From: Ilyomonas sp.
Lineage (GTDB): Bacteria > Bacteroidota > Bacteroidia > Chitinophagales > Chitinophagaceae
Assembly (NCBI GenBank): GCA_965199845.1
Contig: CBDATZ010000042.1
Span: forward strand, 316,992 to 380,991
DNA length: 64,000 bases
Reading direction: 5' to 3'
The notes under the pieces were generated by a model. That model had not been told where the DNA came from and did not search any database. It was given only the letters and a program-made list of their open reading frames with translations. Below are positions 26,184 through 35,720 of this stretch, one piece after another. The position numbers were made by a program, and so were the translations under genes. Positions within the stretch are counted from its first letter, which is position 1; the number at the start of each line of letters is the position of its first letter.

Positions 26184-26786
26184 ATGAATATCAAACTCAG
26201 GTTTTTCTGTTTACTATTTGCTGTTTTTGTTTGTTATTTTTCGCAGGCGCAAGATGTGCACTTTGGCTTTACCGCCGATGTGAATTTGGCTAAGATGAAT
26301 GCCAAAGGCTTATCGTCTAAAACGCAAACCGGCTATAACGGAGGTGGCTTTGCAACAATTGATTTTACTAAAAAATGGAGCTTGCAACCTGAGGTTTTGT
26401 ACACTTTGGTAAATGCAGAAAAGGCTGATAATTTCAGTACATATTATATAAACTCAGGTCGCAGTTTTGCCAATACAGACATCAATTTGCATTACCTCAG
26501 TATTCCTGTTTTTTTGAATTATCATATTTCCAAACTTTTTACTGTCAACGCCGGACCGGAATATAGTGTTATGATGTATAGCAACGATGATTTATTAAAG
26601 AGCAATAAAACGGCTTTTAAAAAGACGCAGGCTGGTGTTGCAGGCGGCGTTCAGTTTGCGTTTTCGCCTGCGTTTGGTTTGTTTGGCAGTTATTATTACA
26701 GCTTGTCTGACATTAATAATATTGATGACCGATATCAATGGCATAACAGCCAGGCGCGCATTGGTATTCAGGTGCGTCTTTTATAA
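26184..26786 (+). CDS. Outer membrane beta-barrel (porin-family) protein
   Basis: Signal peptide; SLQPEVLY and YLSIPV motifs; start set to ATG 26184. Confidence 0.75.
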   Translation: MNIKLRFFCLLFAVFVCYFSQAQDVHFGFTADVNLAKMNAKGLSSKTQTGYNGGGFATIDFTKKWSLQPEVLYTLVNAEKADNFSTYYINSGRSFANTDINLHYLSIPVFLNYHISKLFTVNAGPEYSVMMYSNDDLLKSNKTAFKKTQAGVAGGVQFAFSPAFGLFGSYYYSLSDINNIDDRYQWHNSQARIGIQVRLL

Positions 26787-27019
26787 AAATAGTTTTGTTT
26801 TGTGTGATATGAAGAATGAGCTGTTTATGACAGCTCTTCTTTTTTATATGCAGCATAGGAAACAGAAATTTGGTTTGATTAAGATGAATACTTTATTTAA
26901 GTAATAAGAATGTAAAATAAGCCTGATAAAGTGTCTCATCCATCAATATAACTCATACTCAATATAGAACCAGTAAAACGATAAAACTCTTTTATAATAC
27001 AAATCAAAGCTTACTTCCT

Positions 27020-28318
27020 TTACTTTTTCTCAGGTGAATAAGTGATTTTAAAAATGGTTCCTTTCAAATCATCAGCCACATACAAAGCACCATCTGCGCC
27101 CTGCGCAATACCAATAGGCCGATGATGATATGAGCCATTGGGATTGCTGAGATCTACACCTGTAAAATTATCAGCAAACACTTCCCATTCGCCTGCCGGT
27201 TTTCCATTTTTAAAAGGTACAAATGCAACGAGGTAACCTTTCTTCAAAACTTGCGACTGGCTATGAAAAACAACAAAAGCGCCGTTTTTATATTTCTCCG
27301 GAAACATATTGCCGGTATAAAACAAAAGGTCGTTAGGACCCAGATGAGCCGGAAAAGCAACAACAGGATCGAGGTATTTATTATCAACCGATTTCTTGCC
27401 ATCACCGCCGTACTCCGGCGCTACAATTTTCTTATGCAGAAAAGGATCGTAATACACATACGGCCAACCTGCATCGGCACCTTTGTCCAGTTCATAAAGC
27501 GTTTCGGCAGGCAAGGCTTTGCCTTGCTCTTCGGTATATAACTTTGGAAATTTTTCACTCAATCCGCCACGCCCATGCTGTGTTGCAAACAACGACTTTG
27601 TAGCTTCGTTCCAATCCAATCCCACCACATTTTTCAATCCTCTTGCGTAGTGAACTGCATCTGAATAACTTTGATTTCTTTTGCTTGTACTGAACTGCCA
27701 GATGCCGCCAACCGAGTCGAGAAGCGGACAATTGAGAATACCATGTCCTGAATCATCGGTGCAGGTTTCATCATAAGAACCTACGGCAACATACAGGTTA
27801 TTATTGTCGTCAACAGCAATCGCCTTTGCATTGTCTCTGCCTTTATCTACAAGTCCTTGCACTATAGTTTCCGGATGACTCGTATCCTCCACTTCACCCT
27901 TATTATTCAATGGATACATAAATACGCCGCTGTTAGATGAAGCATATAAAACATCGCCTTGTATGCGAATGCCGGTTCCGGGATAGTTTCCAAATCCAAT
28001 GGTCTTATCCATCTTTCCGTCATGATTGGTATCGCTTAGAAAAAGAATGCTTTTTCCGTTCTTTAAGGCACTCAGCTTTACATAAATGTCTCCGTTCTTA
28101 TTGACTGCCAGATGGCGCACGGCACCTAATGAATCGGCAACGATGGTCGCAGAAAAACCCGACGGCAATTTAATCTCCGATACGGTGTTGTCTGTCGGGT
28201 TGCTTGTATTCTTTGGCTGATTTGCATTTTGGCAACTTACTATAATGAGGAGACTCATTACAAAGGCGCAACTGCGTTTACTGAGGTTTACTATTTTTCT
28301 CATGGTAATCGTTATCAA
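27020..28318 (-). CDS. PQQ-dependent sugar / L-sorbosone dehydrogenase-family beta-propeller lipoprotein
   Basis: YARGLKN, GWPY, HLGPNDLLFY, RPIGIAQGADGALYVADD. Confidence 0.8.
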   Translation of the reverse strand: MITITMRKIVNLSKRSCAFVMSLLIIVSCQNANQPKNTSNPTDNTVSEIKLPSGFSATIVADSLGAVRHLAVNKNGDIYVKLSALKNGKSILFLSDTNHDGKMDKTIGFGNYPGTGIRIQGDVLYASSNSGVFMYPLNNKGEVEDTSHPETIVQGLVDKGRDNAKAIAVDDNNNLYVAVGSYDETCTDDSGHGILNCPLLDSVGGIWQFSTSKRNQSYSDAVHYARGLKNVVGLDWNEATKSLFATQHGRGGLSEKFPKLYTEEQGKALPAETLYELDKGADAGWPYVYYDPFLHKKIVAPEYGGDGKKSVDNKYLDPVVAFPAHLGPNDLLFYTGNMFPEKYKNGAFVVFHSQSQVLKKGYLVAFVPFKNGKPAGEWEVFADNFTGVDLSNPNGSYHHRPIGIAQGADGALYVADDLKGTIFKITYSPEKK

Positions 28319-28382
28319 TGCCGGTTGGCTTTTTGGTTAATCCGGTGATTTTAATTGAAGGTCAAATGTATTGGTTTCGTAT

Positions 28383-28497
28383 AACGGTTCCGGCTTTCTG
28401 CTATGCTTATTCTTTAACTAATGCTAAACGGAAGATAAATAGAATTCCTGATGTTGAGGTGTAAGATGTTAGCCAGCATGGCCGAAAACTTTTTGTT
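28383..28497 (-). repeat. attC-like site (solo, outside the island)
   Basis: AAC-GGTTCCGGCTTTCTGCTATGCT...AGCCAGCATGGCCGAAAACTTTTT-GTT; body resembles the 42365-42489 site. Confidence 0.8.
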
Positions 28498-28506
28498 GTG
28501 CGTAGC

Positions 28507-29034
28507 TTATTTTGTTTTTGAGTTAAAATATAATTTGATAAATGTTGTGTCAACCCAATTGAGTTGAGAATAAAATGTGTCAAGGTCCTTATGATTGTAT
28601 TCGCCTGTGTCAAGTAAGTCTTGCTGTGTCATAGAAGCAGCAATGGTTAGTCCCAATCTTACCAGAAACTTTAATTTCTCTTGATTTTGATTTAAAGCGT
28701 TGAACATTTCAATATAACTGTCAATAAGATGGATTGATGTGTCGCCGAATACTTTCTGATTGCCACTGGTAGTGTCCATATATTCTACTGTCATGCAAAG
28801 AATGATGATTAAAACTCCCTCTTTGTAAAAGTTAATATCTGACTGTGACAGTATTTCGTCATTGTCTAATGTAAGATATTTCCAGTATTGATTTGAAAAA
28901 GAATGTTCGGGAACAAATGAGGCGTTTAATTGTCCTGTGTTTTCGTCAAATATCCAAAGAATGTCTTTCTTAAGTTGATTAAGTTCTGTCCAGTCTATAA
29001 TTCGTTTTTGGTTGTCAATTGTTCTTATAAACAT
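28507..29034 (-). CDS. Hypothetical protein (solo gene cassette)
   Basis: 175 aa, AT-rich, bounded by GTTGTGCGTAGC (28495) and ATTACGTACAAC (29063). Confidence 0.7.
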   Translation of the reverse strand: MFIRTIDNQKRIIDWTELNQLKKDILWIFDENTGQLNASFVPEHSFSNQYWKYLTLDNDEILSQSDINFYKEGVLIIILCMTVEYMDTTSGNQKVFGDTSIHLIDSYIEMFNALNQNQEKLKFLVRLGLTIAASMTQQDLLDTGEYNHKDLDTFYSQLNWVDTTFIKLYFNSKTK

Positions 29035-29464
29035 TAAAGTCTGAATTTTAAATTACGTACAACTCCTGCTCTATGTATTGATATTGCAGAAATAGGGTTC
29101 GCTAAAATACAATTTAATATCTGGTAAAAGATATCCGTTTATTGAGAAAAAATAAGCGAGCGATTTGGCGAGAATGATTATAAAGACTGTATCAGAATTG
29201 ATTTAGACGCGAATGTATAACAGTGATTAATACATTATTTTAGAAGCCATTAAGCAATATTAAAATAATCATCAACGAAGTTTGTATTGCATAACCTACA
29301 CACTTTTACAACTTCTCCCAGACAAAAAATATCACCAATATCTTAAAGTCTATTCAAATAGAATCATTTAATTTTCAATGAAATCATAAGCAAGAAAAAA
29401 TCGAATACATAAAATGTAAATGAAATTGTGATGATACAAAAGCAAAAAATAAGTCGCCAAAAAG

Positions 29465-31393
29465 ATGCACAGTTACTTTTGTGCGATGGATTATTTTGAA
29501 AGATTGCTTGCATTGTTAAAAACAGAACGGGAAGAAGACAGAAAAAACTATATCAGTTTTACCGAACAAACGTCTGTGGCAAACCGCAGGGCAATGGGTT
29601 TTACTTGGTACCCGGTTGCCATTCGTGGTACAGAACTAAGTCGAGGCGATTATATTTCTGTAGAGATAGAACGCACAACACACCAGGATGTAATTCATCA
29701 GCTTCGTTCCGGCGTTTCGGCGATGTTGTTCTCAAATCACGATGCAAAAAACGATAAAGCAGAAGGAATTATTTCTTATCAAAATGGTAACCGGCTTACC
29801 ATTACGTTGCGTACCGATGAACTGCCGGATTGGGCAGAGAACGGAAAATTAGGCATTGATCTTTTGTTTGATGATAACAGTTACGACGAAATGCAAAATG
29901 CTCTAAAACGGGCTGCCGCCACCAGGGAAAAACCTGTAGAAGGCCGGTTAATTCGTATCCTGACCGGAGAACAATCACCTTCATTTCAAACGGCATCTTA
30001 TTCATCACTCAATACAAACCTGAATGCATCGCAACAAGAGGCAGTTGAAAAAATATTGAATGCTAATGAGATTGCCATTGTACACGGACCGCCCGGCACA
30101 GGTAAAACCACAACACTGGTGCAGGCGATAAAAGCTCTTCTGCAAAGAGACAATCGCCAGATACTTGTAACCGCACCCAGCAATGCAGCCGTAGATCTGT
30201 TGAGCGAAAAGCTGGCAGATGAAGGATTGAATGTATTGCGCGTCGGTAATCCGGCGCGTGTATCGGAAAGATTACTCTCGCTGACATTAGACAGTAGAAT
30301 GGCGGAACACAGCGCCATGAAAGATAGTAAGAAGCTGAAAAAACAAGCGGCTGAATATAAAAGCATGGCGCATAAATACAAACGCAATTTTGGCAAAGCA
30401 GAGCGTGAGCAGCGCAAAGCTTTATTACATGAAGCGCACAAAATTATGAAAGACGCAGGCGCTACGGAGCAATACATTATTGATGATATCGTAGCCAAAG
30501 CAAACGTGATTACGGCAACGTTAGTCGGTGCATCTCATTATTCTGTTCAAAAACTTTCTTATGATACCGTCGTGATTGATGAAGCCGGGCAAGCCCTGGA
30601 GCCTGCTTGCTGGATACCTGTTCTGAAAGGAAAGAAAGTGATTCTGACGGGCGATCACTGCCAGCTTCCGCCCACCATCAAATCAGCCGAAGCAGCTAGG
30701 AATGGTCTTGCCATTACGCTGCTCGAAAAATGTATTGCTTTATATCCGCAGGCAGTTACTATGTTGGAAGAACAATACCGGATGAATGAGATAATAATGG
30801 GTTATTCGTCAGCTGTGTTTTATGGTAACAAATTGCAGGCACATCCTTCTGTGGCAAAGCACAAATTATTTGCGGAAGATGCGCCATTGCTTTTTGTTGA
30901 TACGGCAGGCTGTGGCTGGGAGGAACGAACTGACAATACCAGCACCAGGAATACAGAGGAAGCGGTTTTTCTGGTAAAGCTGTTGATGCAGCAGGTAACA
31001 CAACTGGCGCAATATTATACACCCGAAAGCTTTCCTTCGATCGCTGTTATTTCTCCTTATAAACAACAGGTAGAAGCATTGAAAGAAATGGTGCAACAGG
31101 CGCCGGATTTACAGATATACGGTACTAAAATAGCCGTGAATACAATAGACAGCTTCCAGGGGCAAGAACGCGATGTCGTATATATCAGCATGACGCGGAG
31201 TAATGCGGATGGCATCGTTGGCTTTTTATCGGATACGCGGAGAATGAACGTGGCTATGACAAGAGCGCGAAAAAAACTGGTGATTATTGGTGACAGTGCC
31301 ACACTTTCGAGCCTGCCGTTTTATGCCAACTTTATTATGTACGCACAAGAGCTAAATGCTTATCAAAGTGCCTGGGAATATATGGATATATAA
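29465..31393 (+). CDS. SF1 helicase, IGHMBP2/Upf1-like (AAA_11/AAA_12)
   Basis: HGPPGTGKT, IDEAGQ, GDHCQLPP, QYRM, DSFQGQE, NVAMTRAR. Confidence 0.9.
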   Translation: MHSYFCAMDYFERLLALLKTEREEDRKNYISFTEQTSVANRRAMGFTWYPVAIRGTELSRGDYISVEIERTTHQDVIHQLRSGVSAMLFSNHDAKNDKAEGIISYQNGNRLTITLRTDELPDWAENGKLGIDLLFDDNSYDEMQNALKRAAATREKPVEGRLIRILTGEQSPSFQTASYSSLNTNLNASQQEAVEKILNANEIAIVHGPPGTGKTTTLVQAIKALLQRDNRQILVTAPSNAAVDLLSEKLADEGLNVLRVGNPARVSERLLSLTLDSRMAEHSAMKDSKKLKKQAAEYKSMAHKYKRNFGKAEREQRKALLHEAHKIMKDAGATEQYIIDDIVAKANVITATLVGASHYSVQKLSYDTVVIDEAGQALEPACWIPVLKGKKVILTGDHCQLPPTIKSAEAARNGLAITLLEKCIALYPQAVTMLEEQYRMNEIIMGYSSAVFYGNKLQAHPSVAKHKLFAEDAPLLFVDTAGCGWEERTDNTSTRNTEEAVFLVKLLMQQVTQLAQYYTPESFPSIAVISPYKQQVEALKEMVQQAPDLQIYGTKIAVNTIDSFQGQERDVVYISMTRSNADGIVGFLSDTRRMNVAMTRARKKLVIIGDSATLSSLPFYANFIMYAQELNAYQSAWEYMDI

Positions 31394-31704
31394 AGCGTTT
31401 TATATGCTGGCCATTGTGATAGTTACATCATCAGGCTATAGAATACGTTGAAGGCGGCAGACAGTGTATTGATGTTTTTGATTGTTTGCTTTTACAACTG
31501 TATTAATTCAGTTATAAAACCTATTGTATAATTCAGGTAAAACTTTTTGGGCTCTTCTGGCAACAAGGGCATAATCTATCTTATTTGATGATAGAAACTC
31601 AATAACTACCTTAATATCTGCTTAAATAGTCAAGCTGATTTTAATTAAGATTTACTTACTACTTAACACCAACCCCGCGCTATATAATTTACCTTTGCCC
31701 GATA

Positions 31705-31938
31705 ATGATAAAGAGCACAAAAATTCCAATTTTTTATCCGTTACAAGATAAGGAACTGGCAATACAAATTGAAGTGAAGGAAGGCAAAATTGACAGGATA
31801 TGTTCAGTCGTTGATAATGCTTGTTTGGAATTTATAAAAGACAGTTGCGGCGACTTCATAACGCAAACTGAAAATAATATTAATCCTTCTTATTTGATTT
31901 ATATCACCAGGCAGATAAACCGGATGTTCGGTAATTGA
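31705..31938 (+). CDS. Hypothetical protein
   Basis: 77-aa ORF preceded by TACCTTTG -7-like box. Confidence 0.45.
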   Translation: MIKSTKIPIFYPLQDKELAIQIEVKEGKIDRICSVVDNACLEFIKDSCGDFITQTENNINPSYLIYITRQINRMFGN

Positions 31939-32067
31939 GTTGCGATAAAATCTTTATATTCTGTATATAACTCATGCAAAATTGATTTTGTGCAAACCAT
32001 CCAGCCAATCAAAAATGCTTCAAATAAAATAAGAGGCTGATTTCAACCTCTTATAATTTAAAATCTG

Positions 32068-32140
32068 TGACCCCGCAGAGACTCGAACTCTGGACCCATT
32101 GATTAAGAGTCAATTGCTCTACCAACTGAGCTACGGAGTC
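32068..32140 (-). tRNA. tRNA-Lys (anticodon CTT)
   Basis: Reverse strand GACTCCGTAGCTCAGTTGGTAGAGCAATTGACT-CTT-AATCAATGGGTCCAGAGTTCGAGTCTCTGCGGGGTCA folds as a cloverleaf; CCA not encoded. Confidence 0.95.
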
Positions 32141-32351
32141 GGGTTTCCTTTTGTAAAGGGCTGCAAAAATAATAGAAACACAATGATTGTGCAAAGCATA
32201 TTTACAGATTCTTAAAACTTAGTTTACAACAGGGTGTTTTTTCGAGGCTTTGTTATAGTTTACTATATATTATCAGATTGCATAAGAAGAGCTAAGTGAA
32301 AATACAAGCCGAAGCTTCTTACTAAAAATTAAACTTATAAAGACGTTTTAC

Positions 32352-32373
32352 TTGCAAATTATTTGCAAATTAT
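32352..32373 (+). repeat. Tandem 11-bp direct repeat upstream of the integrase (candidate arm-type site)
   Basis: TTGCAAATTAT x2. Confidence 0.55.
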
Positions 32374-32388
32374 CGGAGCCTGTAATTA

Positions 32389-33648
32389 GTGAATGAGAGT
32401 TCAAAATTCCAGACTATGATAAATTTAAAGGTATCGACAAGCATTTATCTTGATACTCGGCGCGTGAAAAAAGATGAAAAATATCCGGTAAAACTCTGCA
32501 TTTCCTACAATGGAAAATCAATTTATTACTCCACCGGTATTGATTTAACTGCTGTAGAATTTAAAAAAACCAATTCTAAAAGACTTCCGAAAGGGCTTTC
32601 CAATATAAAAAATAACTTTCAGCGCATTGAAACTGAGGCAAGGTTAATTATTTCTACATTAAAACCCTTCTCATTTGAATCCTTCAAAAAAAAGTTTTTT
32701 AATAAACCTGTAATCCAAATTGAACTTAAAAATGTCTTTGATGAGCAGATTGAGAAATTAATGAGTGAACAACGAATTTCTACAGCCAAAACCTATCAAT
32801 TTACTTACAATAGCCTTGTTTCCTTTAAACCAGAACTTTCTTTCGATAGCATAAGCGTTCAATTCCTCAAAGACTATGAAAAGTGGATGGTCGAGCGTAT
32901 GAAGTCAAATACAACAATAGGTATCTATATGCGAACTTTGCGAGCTATCTTTAATGAGGCTATTCACCGGGAAGTAATTCAGAAGGAAACTTATCCTTTT
33001 GGTAAACGCAAGTATCAGATTCCTAAGAGTAAAAATATAAAGAAAGCTCTTACTATAGAAGACATTGAAAAGATATACAATTACAAACTACAGACTAATC
33101 ACCTTGGCGAAGCAAAAGCGAAAGACTTTTGGTTATTCAGTTACTTTGCAAATGGAATGAATATGAAAGATATTGCTCTTTTAAAATATAAAAATATACA
33201 AGGTGACCTGATTATTTATAAGCGTGCAAAGACAATTTACACCGCTCGAACTAATCCTAAATCAATAATTGTTGTCTTGAATGAAGACATGCGGAAAATT
33301 ATCACTCAGTGGTCGAATAATTTACCTGAACCAGAAAACCTTATTTTCCCTATAATTAACTTCGAAGCAAACGCAGAACAGCAGCGGGCACAAATAAATC
33401 AATTTACAAAAGTAATTAACGAATGGATGATTGTTATTACAAAAAGCTTGGACATTTCAAAAAAAGTTACCACTTATACTGCTCGTCATAGTTTTAGTAC
33501 TGTATTAAAACGGTCAGGCGTAAGTACTGAATTTATATCGGAAGCGTTAGGACACCACAACCTAAGCACGACTGAAAGCTATCTGGACAGCTTTGAAGAA
33601 AGCACTAAAAAAGAATATAGCAAGGCGCTATACGCTTTTAAAAAATAA
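32389..33648 (+). CDS. Tyrosine recombinase/integrase (Bacteroidota Arm-DNA-bind/SAM type)
   Basis: YLDTRR..KYPVKL arm domain; ANGMNMKDI, TYTARHSF, EALGH and TESYL motifs. Confidence 0.9.
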   Translation: MNESSKFQTMINLKVSTSIYLDTRRVKKDEKYPVKLCISYNGKSIYYSTGIDLTAVEFKKTNSKRLPKGLSNIKNNFQRIETEARLIISTLKPFSFESFKKKFFNKPVIQIELKNVFDEQIEKLMSEQRISTAKTYQFTYNSLVSFKPELSFDSISVQFLKDYEKWMVERMKSNTTIGIYMRTLRAIFNEAIHREVIQKETYPFGKRKYQIPKSKNIKKALTIEDIEKIYNYKLQTNHLGEAKAKDFWLFSYFANGMNMKDIALLKYKNIQGDLIIYKRAKTIYTARTNPKSIIVVLNEDMRKIITQWSNNLPEPENLIFPIINFEANAEQQRAQINQFTKVINEWMIVITKSLDISKKVTTYTARHSFSTVLKRSGVSTEFISEALGHHNLSTTESYLDSFEESTKKEYSKALYAFKK

Positions 33649-34008
33649 GAAATCATATAATATTAATTAGGTACATTATATAAGATAAGAAAAAGCAACA
33701 TTTTTAAAGACAGGAAAGGAAACAAATTAAAGCTTATCATCAGGTTACAGATTAATTAAACAGTCAAGATTTATTGTAAATAATATCTGCAATTTGTACA
33801 TTAAGCATATATGATATCTTGGAGGAAACTTACATTTTTTATTTTTTCAACAATTATTGATAGTTAATCATTCGTTACACTTGTGTAGTAATAAGTATAA
33901 TTTTATACTGTTGGCATTTGAAGAACTTTTGTAACAGATTAACCGCTTTAAAACCTTTTTTTGCTGCCAATCTTTCATATTTATATACAACAAATAACAT
34001 CCAATTCT

Positions 34009-34290
34009 ATGATTACAACTGAACAACTGCAACAGTTTAAAGCAGACCTTATTTATGCAATTCATGATCTTCTTAAACAATATTTAGATAAACCAAAACT
34101 CGATATGATTAGAAGCAAAACAGCAAAAGAGATTTTAGGATGTAGTGATAGTAAGCTTGAAAATATGATGCGCCGAGGGTTGCTATGCCCGGTAAAAATA
34201 ATGGGAAGTTTATACTTCAAACGTAGCGATTTAGATAAGCTTTTCACCGAACAAACCACAAAACAGGATAAAATAATCAACGATTATTAA
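34009..34290 (+). CDS. Excisionase-like HTH protein
   Basis: ITTEQLQQFK.DL...IRSKTAKEILGCSDSKL...KIMGSLYF. Confidence 0.8.
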   Translation: MITTEQLQQFKADLIYAIHDLLKQYLDKPKLDMIRSKTAKEILGCSDSKLENMMRRGLLCPVKIMGSLYFKRSDLDKLFTEQTTKQDKIINDY

Positions 34291-34679
34291 ATATCATTTA
34301 TACTGTATTGTAATAAAATCATTTAACCAAAATATATTATTAATTCAGTAGTTGTGCAAGGTTGAAGAGACTGCTTCATGATATAAAGGTCAGGAAGAAT
34401 ACAATCGTTACCTGTACAAAGTAATTTATTGGTATAAAAAGGACGCAACCAGTTGAAGATAATGTTGCTTAACAAGTTGCAACTTACTTCTTGGATTTTT
34501 TGAAAAGACAAGTGACAGACGCTGTGTCATACACCGAGAAAATCTTGTAGACACACAAGATTCTATATACAGTATTACATACTTGGGATTGTGATTGATG
34601 AAATAAAAAAGAAAAGTTATCTTGAAATCATTATCATTATTGTATTGGGTAGAATTTCATACACTTAAATATAAGGCAG

Positions 34680-35720
34680 TTACTCATCATACTTTTTCCA
34701 GACATTAACACTGCCACTATCAAAATACTTTAATGATAGAATCTTTGGTTTCTTTAATTTATCGGTTATCGATTTGCGACGACTTATTATACGCTCACAA
34801 GCAGCAAAGGTTTCTACATTTATTGCGAATTCTGGATCACCATAAATACCTACATATATGTTGGTTATATCTTTGTTATCTGCTATCACATCCGCTATGT
34901 GTTCATCTGTTCCACCAAGTGTATTTCCGAAGATTACCAGATTCTTTTCCACACGTCCTAATTTGGCAAGGCAATAAGCGAGGTAAGCATTTGAATTTAT
35001 TTGTTCGAGCTTCTTTTGTGGTGTACCCTCTGCTACGAATAACGGATATTTTTTATTGTCTAACCCTTCTCGGATTAACTCAATAAGTGGTCGTTTTGTA
35101 CGAGACCAACAATGTTTCTTAATATATCCATTCTCAAAATACAGATGCAAGGCGCCATGCAAAAATAGTATCCCATTAGCACCCTTCAAATGTTCAGAAA
35201 AAATAACATATTCTGCATCAGGATTTTCATGCTCTGCCCTAAAACAATCACCGAATAAGTATGGATTAGAATGCATGTTAACCCAGTATAACAGCAAATC
35301 ATAGTTAGTGGTGAATACTGTTTTATAATTTCCTAAGAAAGCGATGGCTGATTCTTTCGCTTTAGCACTTACCTCACCTGTGTTAGCCAGATGAGATTTT
35401 GCAATCGCTTGAATCAGTGCTTCTTTAATAATAGCTATATCATTTAGAATGACTTGTCCGCCATCTTCAATGTCATAGTAAATCTGGCTCACCCAAGCAA
35501 CGTTTTCCAGCAGTTTCAGAACGCCTTCAAAATTGTTAGTGCCAAGCTTTTCAAATACAGAAATGGCTTTATCACTCAAGCCATATTCAACCGCAACCTT
35601 ATAAAGCGACTGGTATGAAAAGATTGGATTGTACGAAATGCTGAATCCATTACCCAGCAACAAGTGTGATACGCTGGTTCCGATCTCATTCAAAACTTGT
35701 TTATAAGGAATAGGCTTCAT
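34680..35720 (-). CDS. DUF4917 (SIR2-like) family protein
   Basis: LLLGNGFS, FTTNYDLLLYW, LHGALHL, PLFVAEG; overlaps the MTase stop by 4 nt. Confidence 0.8.
   Translation of the reverse strand: MKPIPYKQVLNEIGTSVSHLLLGNGFSISYNPIFSYQSLYKVAVEYGLSDKAISVFEKLGTNNFEGVLKLLENVAWVSQIYYDIEDGGQVILNDIAIIKEALIQAIAKSHLANTGEVSAKAKESAIAFLGNYKTVFTTNYDLLLYWVNMHSNPYLFGDCFRAEHENPDAEYVIFSEHLKGANGILFLHGALHLYFENGYIKKHCWSRTKRPLIELIREGLDNKKYPLFVAEGTPQKKLEQINSNAYLAYCLAKLGRVEKNLVIFGNTLGGTDEHIADVIADNKDITNIYVGIYGDPEFAINVETFAACERIISRRKSITDKLKKPKILSLKYFDSGSVNVWKKYDE

Noticed and set aside
32389-33648. Integrase as an integron integrase (IntI)
   Set aside because: It has an N-terminal arm-binding domain and an adjacent excisionase, no evident IntI-specific insertion, and is not next to an array head.
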